NCBI GenBank assembly: GCA_020137815.1
Contig: CM035351.1
Location: forward strand, 7,006,001-7,070,000
Direction: 5' to 3'
Source of the DNA: Hormiphora californensis
Taxonomy: Eukaryota > Animalia > Ctenophora
DNA length: 64,000 nucleotides
This document shows, piece after piece, positions 17,642 to 30,671 of the stretch; the stretch's first letter is position 1; every line of letters starts with the position of its first letter. The position numbers and the translations under genes are program-made. The notes beneath the pieces were generated by a model. That model was not told the origin of the DNA and did not search any database. It was given only the letters and a program-made list of their open reading frames with translations.

Positions 17642-20600
17642 CTACAAAACAATAAACAGGGAACCTAAAAATGTCACTAACACAATCCCTGAATAGGACC
17701 AAATCCCCACCGCTCTATTGCACATATTTTCATCTGTGTCACTTAAAATACAAGTCTTGGAACTCCTGTAATAATGATTTGACTTCATATCCAGGAACTC
17801 CCGCTCAGATAGGGCGTCTGTTGGTTTTGTGTAGTGTTTTGATTCTAAGAGACAGTGATTTTGCATGTCTACCCGGATCCCTTTATAAGGGGTGACCTGG
17901 GGTTGGTAGCACTGACAAGCAGGTACCACATCTGCTATCAATAGGAGATTGGTCCGGGGTACTGCAGTTACCTCATACATAGAGTTGCAGTTCCCACCAC
18001 ACGAACCAGTGATCACATGAGCAGTCTTGTCTGTTTGGAAATCAAAGTTACGTTGGAACAGGTTGAACATTCTACAACACTCGACAACCCGTTCCTTGAC
18101 TATGTGGTTCGCCCCCACACCATAGTAGTGGTCCCCAAATATGTTGAGGAAGAAGAATAGTTTGAGGTTTGTCAGGAAATTGATGAGAGCTAGCAGTACA
18201 TTTGCCAGAATGGGTCGAACCGAGCTACTCTCCTGGTAATCATGTCCAGCTGCTTCTTTACACTCATTTATACACTCAGTGTAGTTCACCACATTGTATA
18301 TGTTCCTATCTAGCAACTTGTTGAATAGGTAAGGGTACAGAACCCCCATGTGACCGGAGATGTCCTCAGGATACCCCATAATTATCTCCCCATTTTCATC
18401 CGCCAAGAACCTCTGGTATTTGTCATCAAATCCTCCTAGTAGTTTCTCTCTAACGATCTCAACCCGGACCTCAAACCCAGCTGCCGCAACCTGGCTCGTC
18501 ATATCAGAGACATTGACAGTTACCCTGTTGGTTATATTCACCGATCTAAAGTTGTATCCTTGCCTCCTGATGGGTTGGGAGATGAACAGCTCGGCTTGGG
18601 TGATGTTTTTAACGGTTTGAGAGTAAGGAGGGAGTACTTCGAGGGATGTGCTGTTCGTGCTCGCCCAGGTTGGGTTACTGGTGAATACCAGGCCGTTGTA
18701 GGTCATTATAAAGTGGCTGAGGATCTCCGATCTGCTAAACTTCTCCCCCTCTCTCAACTCCTCCCGGACCGGTACTTTAAACACGTTCTTGTACTTTTTA
18801 CTAAAGTATATATCGGTGAAGATCCCATAGACGACAGCCTCACAGACCTGACTGCTATCCTGGGTTTTAGGGGCGTCCTCAGACGGATCAAACGTGAATG
18901 ATCCGACACCCCTCTCCAGATATTTCTTGATATTACAACTGTTATCGTTGAAATTGTGAAGGAATTTGTTATCCCAGGTTGTTGACAGGATCTTTAGCAC
19001 GTCCTCTATGTTGATACTGTTGGACTTGTACATGAGATAGGTGGGAGGGTAGGTGGGGTAGATACAGGCGATACTGAAGGGCGTGTTGGACACGGGGAAT
19101 ATCTGGTAGGTCAAGTCCTGGGGGGAGATGGAGGAGGGGTTAGAGTGGGAAGTATTGATAGAGGTCAGGAAGAAAGAGGTGCTAAATGCTGGTATACCTT
19201 GTTGAGTAAGGGGGAAGAGTGTGAGACTCTTCCCCCTTACTCAACAAGGTATAACTGTAAGACGAGATGGATATATGGCCTGGATAAAGTCATGTCTAAT
19301 CGTGGTAGTTGGTCATTGAGACAAATTGTGTGCTAAGGTGTGGTAACAATAAACACAAGTAGCAACTTGATAGTTAACATAATTGATATATAGTAGCAAC
19401 TTCACGTTGGTAACCAACTAGTTCTATAGTTTATTGCACGTGCCCAACACACTTACCTGATACCACTCCGTGCCTCGTTTCTGGTTTTCAAATGTCAGGA
19501 AGCTTTTGAAGGTACTCTTGCTATGTGCTCTATCTATCATCGCCCACTCCAAGTTGATGAGATTCTGAAAGGGAGGGAATTATATATTCAATATGTGTGC
19601 CAAGCTGTATATTGGTCGTGCATCTCCGTCACGCCTAATTATAGCATTCTCTAATATAACCCTGCACTGCATTCTAAACCCGAATTATATCTCACTTACT
19701 CAACCTAGCGTTAGTTGTTGAGTAAGGGGGAAGAGTCTTCCCCCTCACTCAACAAAGCGTTAGAGTCTATGAACAGCTCAGTAGGACATGTCTCAAAAGC
19801 GCTGTGAGACAGGTTCCAATTCATATTCATAGGAACTAATTCATGTTTTTTGTGAGTTGGAAATAAAAATACAATGAAAAGAAAAGGCATTCCTACGCAA
19901 AGCTGCAGTCTATTCAACCAGCCTGCAGTAGCAGATTCCAAGAAGTAGCAGCTGTTCCAAGAACATCCTAGATACAACACCCCTGGACCCTTGGTAATGA
20001 AATTACCCCTCTGTTATTATTTATGCAATAAAAGGGGTGACTTCGTAACCAACTGTACCCCAGGTGCACTGATATACAACCCCTGCTAGATAGTACCACT
20101 CTTCTTCACTAACGTCCCAATGTACCTGTCTGTTTTCCAGTTCAAGCTAACCCCAATATTATAATACCTTTCTGTTTATGATCCCAATTAACTCATCTTT
20201 ACCTGTTTTCCAGTTCACTAACCCCAATATAGTACCTGTCTGTTTTCCTCTGTCCACTGGAACTTGTGCAACTTGGTGTTGACATCCTCGTATTTATACT
20301 TGTCAATCCGGGGGTGATATACAGGGTAGCCTTTGTTGTTAATGATAATAGCCACACTAGATATTGGCAGCACCGAACTGGAGATCTGGACGATCCTGGA
20401 GGACTTGAAATCCAGCCCAACAATACCTGTAGGGAGGGAGGGTTAGGTCAGAGGGAGAGAGAGAGGGAGGGAGATATGGTAATCGGAACAGCTGGAAGGA
20501 TTAATGCCACGTACAAGGTTGAATTGTTCAGATTCTCTTGCAAGATATTGACATCGGTACAAGAGATTGGGTGGAAGAGAATATTGTGTGTATGGAACCA

Positions 20601-23600
20601 ACAGGACGTCTCTATTATACATGAGCGTCTGTGCTCGTATATGAGGGTACATGATATATTATTGCAGGAAATAGGACTGATACCTATTACAATTTGCATT
20701 GTTCTAATAGGGTGGAAGTGTATCAGCAGTAACAGTCTGTAACGTGGTGACGAAAATAGTTTGAGGATAATACCGTACCGTCGTTATAGTAATAGAGGGA
20801 GTAGATATTGCAGTAGATATTGAAGAGCGAGAGAGGTAGAGAGAGAGGGAGAGAGAGAGGTAGAGAGAGAAACTAATAAAATGATAAATGGACATCCGGA
20901 TCGAATAGGCCGGACTTTCTAATTTCTACCTATCTCTTAGAGTCATCTCCAGACGACTCCTCTTCTCTCCTGATCAGCTGATCTTTCTACCGACTACCGT
21001 AATGCCCTCACCGGACCTAATCTCCTAATTCTGAGCCTTCTACTCCAAGGTCTTGATTTAGAAAGACTGCAAATTACAATTACTCCAGTCGTATCTTCCT
21101 CTTATATCTACAACTTCTGACCACAAAGCTCTGGAGATATATTTACAATCCGGAATGATGCCAACAAATTTCCAATTTTTAATAGCGGTCGATAATTGGC
21201 GTGTGTGTGTATTCTTTACTCGTGAGAGACACAGAGTGAGAATTGGTAAATGCCATGTAAACTTCCACCTACAAATTAACCACAGTGGGAGAGAGAGGGA
21301 GATAGTTCCTCTGTCTGCAGCAGCAGAGTGATTCAGTGCGTTTTACGCAAGAATAATGTTGTGACAGCAGCTGTTAATAACTGGATGATCTCTCCCTGTC
21401 CTAGCATGCCAGACTCGATGATGATGATGGTCACAAAATGAGGGCACGTTACTGCCATTAAACTCGGTAGTATGACTATCATGACTTCACCACTTCATCT
21501 CCACTTCTCAGCTCTCTGTTTTTCTACAGACATGACACATGTCGGAACTAGGGCCGGTGTGATGATTTAACAATTAATCATTGATTTAAAGGATGGTTTC
21601 TCTCTATTCGGAGATAGATCACACTTTTATAACTTATATCGCATCACCACACACAGACAGACAGAAGGACTGGAATACAGTTCCGATATATAGAAACAGG
21701 GGGCCTGTGAAATGTGCACACATGTGTTTCAGCTTGACTTCCGGGCAGGTTCACTGCAGCTGTATTACACATGTCGAGCTGACACTGGTACGGGACATGT
21801 GTAATTGGGTTTATGAACTGCCATTGCATCAGTACTGCAGTTATACTGCAGCAGGCCAAAGGAAAGAGAAATAATTGGGAAATAATAAATAGGATGTCAA
21901 TACATCAACAGGAGGGTTTGAGGGGTGACCTCGCTCCGACTTCTATGATCCAAGCACGGGTGTGACAGGGTTCCACATGTGGGGTGAATGACAGAGATTT
22001 CTTTAGATTTAGCTTAAAAATTTAGTTTGAGCTCTTAGTTCCCTCCCGCTGACTTGGTTAGGGCTTTGTCAACAAGTCATTGGGGAGTGGAAACGGTCCC
22101 TAACCGATGCTTTTTCAAGCTAACTCTAAAGAAATCTCTGTCATTCACCCCGCATGTGGAACCCTGTCACACCCGTGCTTGGATCATAGAAGTCGGAGCG
22201 AGGTCACCCCTCAAACCCTCCTGTTGAGGATGTCAATAACATATACATACTGATTCTTGGGTCTATTATTACCCATTCATGAGGTACTAACACTACTATC
22301 ACCTACCTAACAGTGCCACACTATTGTTGCTCTTCACTGCAACTTTCTCCGACTCTGAAGTGCCCACGACGATAGGAAGTGTAACAGTGATAACCAGACC
22401 AAACCCAGCTAAATCAATGTACGCATTACTCCACGTCGGGGCCACTATTGCATCTTTCAGAGGGCTGTTCCCCACCTGATAGGGATATGAATATATGTTA
22501 GAACAAGTTGTGTTTTGGTTTTAGGACCTGTATGTATATTTGTAGAAATAGCTGCCAGAATAGTTATAACATTTTCCAGGGAAGGGTATATTTCCAGTCA
22601 TTTTCGTAACTGCATGCCGGTTACAGCTGTTCAGTATTCATTTTGCAGTTAGACAGTTAGTGTGTCTATTTAGGCTACAACTTCTCTTTCCAAAGTTGGC
22701 CCAAGCAAAAAACCCGGTCGTAAGTCTGGGTTTGGTAGAGAGTTATGTACTGAATCCGTAGAAAAATATATTATTTTTGGAAAGTAGACGGTGGATTTTC
22801 AGCACATGGTATTACCTGGACGAGTCGCTGAAGTGCAGCCTCAATTTGACCAAAGTACAGGATCTTGGAATAATAGCCTCGGTTGCTACAAGCAACGGAC
22901 TTTAACCGATCGCTGTATAGCCCCTCATTCCTCCGAAATGAAAAGACAAATATGCGAGCCCGCTGTTTTATTTCTGGAGGCTGCAATCGTTCAACAATCT
23001 CCTGGAGGAAAGAAATGTAGGGAGAGAGAGAGAGATAGAAGGATTCGGATGTGCAGTTACTTCTTCTACAAACTAGACATGTGAACAAAAGTAACAATCC
23101 CCCTCCCCCATGTCAGAATTATATTGGAACTGTGCAGCCGGCCATTTAGAGACGTTGAGGGACAATAGATAATGCTGAAAGAAATTGCAGCTGTATCATA
23201 CAGTTTGATTCATGTCTACCATTGCCCTATAATACAATAAGTAGGTACAAATTAGTGGTCGACCTTCAGCTGCTGCACATTGTTTCACAACAACTGCAGG
23301 GATAAATGGCAGTTGACACATAGAGGAGAAAGTTATCCTAATTACCCTAAAATGAGCTCGTGTCTACACAACTCTATTCCTCTCGTCTGCATCTCTCTAA
23401 CACTCCAATTCGCTCTCTAACACTATCTCCATGATCTATTATGGTCAATACAAGGCCGGGGGAACACAATATGAACCCTTCGAAATGTCAGACAGACAGA
23501 CAAACAGACAGACAAACAGACAGACAAACAAGCATGCACCATTATACTGACACATGATCAGTGATCTTACATCGACAGGTTGTCCAGTTTCATCACTGAA

Positions 23601-24928
23601 AATCACAATGACTTTAGTACAGTTGGTTGTCTGGGCTATAGCCTCACTCTTGGTAAAGGTATCATATGCCATACTGAAAGCACCCTCCCAGTTGCTGGTC
23701 CCGTTCGGCTGAATCCCGTCAATAGACTGAATAAGGGCCGATTTCACGCCTTTATTAGCCCGTGCCAGATGTGTGTAACACGTCATAAAATATGCTGAAA
23801 AAGAGGAGAAGTTATTAGAAGGGAGGATAGGTGTTATTCTTCAACGGTACTGCTTTCTCGTGACTGCACTCAATTTCCTAATGCCGCCCATGAATTGTAT
23901 GTGTTCACACTTCACCAGTTTTACACATGCGAAATGCTCTAGCTTCAAAGAAAATAATTCTTTAGATTTAGAAACGACTGTCGACTATAATAACTGACAG
24001 TGGCATACTGTAACCGGTTCGGAGAGGGCAGTGGTCATCCGACATAATTGTCACAGCTCGACGCCAAGACAAAACTGACATACTTCATCGAACAAAATGA
24101 GTGCTTGGGGAACAACAACATAAATTACTTACGTGTTTCAGAGACTGCGATGGCGGTAACAAAATCAGTATCAGACAGGATGTCAGTAAGGAACTTGACA
24201 GCGGTGTTTTTGAGAAGTCTGATTGGGAATCCCTCCAGACTGCCGCTAGTATCAAACATCATGATGACATCTTTAGGACATCCGATTCCCGCGTTATACC
24301 ACGGCCTCCTCCGGACATCAAACTCAATCTGATCCTTAGCTGAGATGTAGGTGGCTGGGTAGGTCCTCATTACCCCCTGTGGGGTGCCGATATACTGCCA
24401 GAATATGTTATCACCCTTACTCTTCTGGTTCTCAATGAATGCCTTGTCCAGTCTCTGGGTCCACTGTATAGTGTTCCTAACCTCAGTCCAATTGTCGTAT
24501 ACATCGAGGGGAAGGTTGATGGCACTCTCAAACATACTCACATCGGCATCATATCTCTTGCTGTGTTCCAGGCTCAACTCCGTCCCATTTTTAGACACCA
24601 GAGGGTCAGTGAACCCGTCCCAGTAGGTGAAGTTTATTCTCTTGTCCCATTTGTGTCGTTTGTACGCCCTTGAACCCGTCTTCTGTATGTATTTGAGAGC
24701 CTCGAGGGCGTTATCAAACTCTGCTCCGGTCACCTTACTAACATAGGTTCCCAGACTATGGGTATCGACCTTGTATCTGTAGCTCTCGCTCTCATAAACA
24801 TCCTGTATGACGTCAGTATCTATGTAGGAGTTGAAGTAGGTGAAGAGCCGATCTGAGACGACCTGGTTAGGAGTGACAGGAAGGAGCAGCATAGTGAGAG
24901 GAAGGAGAAAGAGAAATACCACGTGCAT
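17642..24928 (-). CDS. CACNA2D: Voltage-gated calcium channel auxiliary subunit alpha2/delta
   Basis: Signal peptide, WQYIGTPQGVMRTYPA, FDVRRRPWY, PKDVIMMFDTSGS (VWA MIDAS), ACSNRGYY, WSNAYID, AVPRTNLLLI, hydrophobic GPI-signal-like C-terminus. About 7 exons (~24928-24133, 23795-23570, 23003-22813, 22476-22308, 20427-20202, 19565-19457, 19117-17642). Confidence 0.9.
19199..19247. repeat. Short palindromic dispersed element
   Basis: ttgttgagtaagggggaagag...ctcttcccccttactcaacaa. Second copy at ~19715-19755. Confidence 0.7.
21906..22227. mobile_element. MITE with ~115-bp terminal inverted repeats in alpha2delta intron
   Basis: caacaggagggtttgaggggtgacc... / ...ggtcacccctcaaaccctcctgttg, flanked by the direct repeat aggatgtcaata. 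Confidence 0.8.
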
Positions 24929-24954
24929 CTCGTTCTATCATGTCAGCTAAACGG

Positions 24955-25275
24955 AAAGTGGGGGGGGGGTTAGTTGAAGGAAAGTAGAGAGGGGTTAGTT
25001 GAAGGAAAGTGGAGAGGGGTTATTTGAAGGAGGGAGAAGGGGTTAGTTGAAGGAGGGAGGAGGGGTTAGTTGAAGGAAAGTGGAAAGGGGTTAGTTGAAG
25101 GAAAGTGGAGAGGGGTTAGTTGAAGGAAAGTGGAGAGGGGTTAGTTGAAGGAAAGTGGAGAGGGGTTAGTTGAAGGAAAGTGGAGAGGGGTTAGTTGAAG
25201 GAGGGAGGAGGGGTTAGTTGAAGGAAAGTGGAGAGGGGTTATAGTTGAAGGAAAGTGGAGAGGGGTTAGTTGGAG
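24955..25275 (-). repeat. ~26-bp minisatellite immediately upstream of the alpha2delta 5' acceptor
   Basis: About 12 copies of ggggttagttgaaggaaagtggaga (on the - strand tctccactttccttcaaCTAACccc). Confidence 0.9.
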
Positions 25276-26148
25276 TGAGGAGGGAGATCCGAACAAGTCG
25301 CCGAACAGGACAAAACAATACCAGAGAAATATATGTGGGGTATTTTGTAGCCTAGCTAATGAAGTAATGAGTAAAGCCCAGGAACAATATATTGAAACAT
25401 AGGGCGAGGTGAAATTAGACAAGTTGCAGTTTGAAACTATGAGAGACAGAAAACGGGAGGAAAACGCTATTCAGTTATTGTCAACTAAATAATACCTGCA
25501 TCATATATATCCCCTCTCCCCCTCTCACTGTCTTTCCCTCTTTCCCTCTCTCTCTGTCTTTTCCAAAAGAATTAGGATTGAGAAACAAGGAGAAGGCACT
25601 GACTCAAACAATCGAGGAGCACGTGGGGAAGTTTAAACGGCATGTGTGCAACACCAACTGCATGCTTCAATTTACACATAATTAATTGTTGCGACAAGTG
25701 GTAAAGCTGTTTTAGACCCATGCATACTGTGTCTATTTGTTAAGGGGTGAACAACATGAGGTACTCAACAAGTGTCTACTGTCTATCTAAACTAACAAGA
25801 ATTATGGTGTCACACTTCTCACCAAGTCAAGAAATATAATGAAGTAGAGTAGAAGCAGTGGTTTCAGATTTTCAGATCTATAGAATAGAGAAAGTCTAGA
25901 ACGTGGCCGTAGACTGCTGCTGCTGACAGCTGCAGAGGCCGAATAAGAATATGAAGATCAGCAGTCCTCGCAACATCTTCTCTTTATCTCCCATCTCAAC
26001 TCTTCCCCTCTTCCCAGCTAATATTAAAGTTATATACTATCACTATCTACTAACTACACCTTGAGCTACCATGATATTGCCATGAAACTACCACCATCTT
26101 ACCACAGTGCAATATATTAGCATGATCATTGAGTCTACTACTACTATA

Positions 26149-26267
<119 letters not shown>

Positions 26268-29200
26268 ATTAAAATTAAAATACTTTCTCATACATAGCAC
26301 AATACTTTAGGGCAATATAACACCGTGACCAATGACTCAATACGTGCTAACACGGCTGGTTATTAATAACTACGAAAGTTTGGAAGTTCAAGTACTGAAA
26401 CACGTTTTAAAAATTTAGCTCTCTCATTAACTTTTGAAATAATACCTCTATCTTAAGTATTATAACTGCTGTAATAATAGTTTGTATTAAAAAGTAGAAG
26501 GTGAAAAATAGAACTCTTTGTCCCATACACGCACTAGATCAAAGTTATTAAAGCCGTTAGGCCTGCTGTTCTTGAGGTTATGATGGCTTTGTGCAAGGAC
26601 CAGCTGGAGTGAATGAGTTTTATTCTTGTTCAAACTAAATGGCACCAAATGACATCAAGCAGCAAAAGCAGTGACATATGAACTGGCCAATAACACCTTT
26701 AGTAATTTAAAAAGTAGAACCACTTCCTTGCACACAAATTTATTTGGTAAATCGCTTTACAGTACCAATGAATGCCATGTGTCAGTCTTGAGAGAAAATT
26801 AAAAAATAACGATAGGGAGAGAAGAGAGATCATAGAGACTAGAGGGTGAGAGATAGAGAACCTTAGGAACCTCAAAAATGTACAACTACATACATCTACC
26901 AATTACCATATCTATTTTATCAACAATCAAGCGGCGTGTCAAACGAATTACAGTATCGAGGTTGTGTCAATAAAACAAAGCCGTACGACCGGAATATTAT
27001 AATCTTTTTGTCTCTGGTTTTATCCAAAATCCAATGACCTAATTATTCTCTTAATTCTGCTCTATCCGTTCCTATTGTATGTACTCCCACTCCCAGACTC
27101 TCTTATTCTCCCTCCTCTCACTTTCTCTCCAACTCTGACTCTCTTATTCTCCCTCTCTCTCTCTCTCTTTGCCCAGCATTAGTTTTCCACAATTCCACGT
27201 GTGCCAAGAGGAGCACACGTGCTACAATGTACCTGCATATATTGACATAGCTGGAAAGGAATGACTGGAAACGACAACATACCAGCATGTGATGTGAAGC
27301 CATGGTATGACACTGAAAAAATATAGACAGCAGTACTTTGAAAAAAGAAAATTTGCAGGAAAAGAAGATACGCAATGCATAAATTCTGTTTTTGAGTACT
27401 CAACAATTATTGTGAGGTTTCCAAAACCAACTAAGTGTTTGTACAAGGACTAGTGGAGTGCTACAATTAATAGCGAGTAATGTGGGCCTAGGTTCCGGCT
27501 TTTAATGCCCCAAGTCGTGCACCAATTAACGTGTATCAGAAGGGGTGCAAAAAGGGGGAGGTGTGTTCTTTCTTTAGATATTGTGTAGTAATGGTAATTA
27601 GGCCAAGGATATATATGATCAATGTATAACTCATTTTCCCACACGAATTGCCTGATGATAATTCTGAAAATAATTCTGAAATAATCCCGCAACAATTAAC
27701 AAATAATCAGATTAACATCAACCAAGCCACGATTATTCATAGGCCTAGTTATATAATGATAATGCAACGGTTGCATTGCAACCTCAGATTAATTGGATTT
27801 CAACGCTTCAAATCACACATATAATCATACCGTGATACTGAAATGAATCATAGTAGGGTAGACATTATAAACCACAGCATTTCATTCAAGGATTATCAGA
27901 CTATAATTATAATTCGAGTACTATCTAATGAGAGAGACCCTCTCAGAGGGCTCAGTTAGAATAATGCACAGGACGCCTCTAAATTTGACCACAATTAAAC
28001 ACCGAGGGGGGTAACAACTTGCTGAATTAATTCAACGGCTGATTGTTTCGAAATTTGCATAAAAAGCTACAGAGGATCAACGCTGCGAAAACCTCGGCTT
28101 CAATAGCCAAGAATTCGCTCTTCCCTCTAACCCTGAATCTGATCACAAGCAGGGCTAAGGATTTGAACTTATGAAATAGTCAACAGGACAACAACGCCAA
28201 GTTTCATATTATATAGTTAGGGGAAGCTGAGGAAGCTTATATGAAAGGGAGGGCGAAAGGTAGTTCGACATGAAGATAAACATATTTGGTAAACGCAAAA
28301 CTAGGAGAGAAAGAGAGCTTCATAATGGCATTATCATTGTTTCCCGCCATCTTAAACTGTTAGAAATGCGGCCCCCACTTGAAATGGTATACAATCTGTG
28401 TTACGAAGTTCGCAATGCCTTACACGGTCGCTTGTAGTGGGAAAACGGTAATGGAAACAGGAAAACGGAGATACAGTAAGACGACGCGCAACCGTGGCCA
28501 ATCAGGGCGCTAGTACGTGCTGAACACATGCACTTTTTGCTGCGCGTTATGCAACGTGCGCATCTCATTACTGTATTTCCATTACGGTAATACGACTACA
28601 AGCAGCACTGTTAGTGTGCTAAGAGACAGGTACAAGGAGAAACATGAATAGGATCACAAAAGCTTTGAGTGCTATATATTACTGGAGTATTGGTCAAAAC
28701 TAACATGATTCACCTGGATTCCTGGAAAGAATGGCAACTGCTCCCCTATTTGTTTTCGTGCTTTGTTCTTCTTAATTTCTCTCATATACTTAATCTCTTT
28801 CATTTGGTCTCTTCGGATCGGCAACAAAGAAGTCTCAGTCTAGACAGGAACTTTAGAAAGCATGAACAAATTATATGAGTTATGTTGTGGCAGTGACCAG
28901 CAAAATATAGTTGTGGAGATGTATATGGACTCATTTATAGTAGATGAGATGAGATGAAAAAACGAGGGATCCTAAATAGCATGAGATAGTCCTCGAAATT
29001 ATGGCATGAAATGAAGAATATTAAAGTAGTGGTCTTAATTAGCTTGGCGCATTTTCTAAATTCTTTGCTTCATAAAGGTTCATTTTTCTTTAATGAAGCC
29101 TTGAACCAGGAAGATCTCTCTGTCTCCCTCACTATGTCTATCTCTCTTTCTTTGTCTTTCTTTCTCTGCCTCATGTTCTACTCCTCTCTCTTTCTCTCTT

Positions 29201-30622
29201 TCTCAACGTGCGGTTCAAAAAGGAAGATTGAAGTACAAAATTAAACTTCTTACTTCATTTTGGAGATCCTAAATTAAGAGAAAGATGGAGCAAAGAGAAG
29301 ACGTGCGAGGGAAACTGGGAGGGTATTCTAATTATGAAGACATGTCGATAAAATATATATTGATAGAGGGTTAGGGTTAGGCGGAATATTGATTTGACCA
29401 TGTAACATATAATAATTACGACCTGGATAGTGCGATATACTGGATAGTAGTATCAACTTGTGGCAACTCTTTCCATGATCCATGAACATTGGATTACACA
29501 GCGGAAAGGTAGGGAGAACAAAAGGGCTCGGTCAATTACTCCGAATCAATATAGAGATTAGAGATCTATCACATTTTTACCAACTGAAAGTGGAAACACA
29601 CACATGGAAACAAAGGAACGACGTGTGAGGATTATAAACGGCTATTTGTGCCACATGTATATTGTATCTCTCCATCGGCGAAATATATTACAGTTTTGGG
29701 CAGAAACAAACCGGTTAACAATTTCGTTCCTATATTGTGTATGTACCCTTAAAACACACACACACACACACACTACAAGTTCCCATAGCATAATACTCGT
29801 CTTGAGAGGAAATGCAAGCAAAGTATATCAAGAAGAAACAAGTGAGGGGACACATTGACAGAGAGATAGAGAGATAGAGAGATGGAGAGATGGAGCGAGA
29901 AAGAGAGACAGATATAGAAGGGCATATAAAGATAGAGAAGGAGACACGATCGAGAAAGTTCGGTCCACATAATGGTCACATATTATTATTACTATTATTA
30001 AAGAGCAAGCAGAATTAGTTCCGACGAAACACAATAATGGGCGGACTGGAATTATTGTGTCCTAGCATGACTTTAATAGCTCCTCACTACTTCTTCCATC
30101 TTCCCTTCATAGCGAAATAAAGATACCTTTTCTGTATATTATCGTCCAAACGTCGCTCTAATGTAGCAAGCCATACATGCACTATTATCTGGCGGTTTAC
30201 TATTAAAAAGCAAATATCCGGTACTGTACGTCTGCTGGACTCTCACTCTCTCATTCTGAAAAAATGGTTCAATACGATCTATACTATTAAAAGCAGCAAT
30301 ATTCGCACCTTGGCCTATACTCTGAGGAATTGCATTAGTTTAGCTAATTTGTCATACAAGTTGGTATAACTTTGTGATATATTCTATTAGTGCACTAAGT
30401 CTTTAGTATTTCAGTGCTAATTTGATAAGTAAACAATTCTAAATTTAGAAACTTCCTCATTTTACCTCTCCTTCTCCTTTCCTTTTCTCTCTCTCTCTCT
30501 CCCTGATATAGCACCCATGAACACGCTGAAAAACCGGTGTGTCTTGTAGTGCCATTACTGGTACTGTGAAAATAGCTGAAAGCCACGGTCGAGTTCCAAT
30601 GAAGATAGAGAGCGAGAGAGAG

Positions 30623-30671
<49 letters not shown>

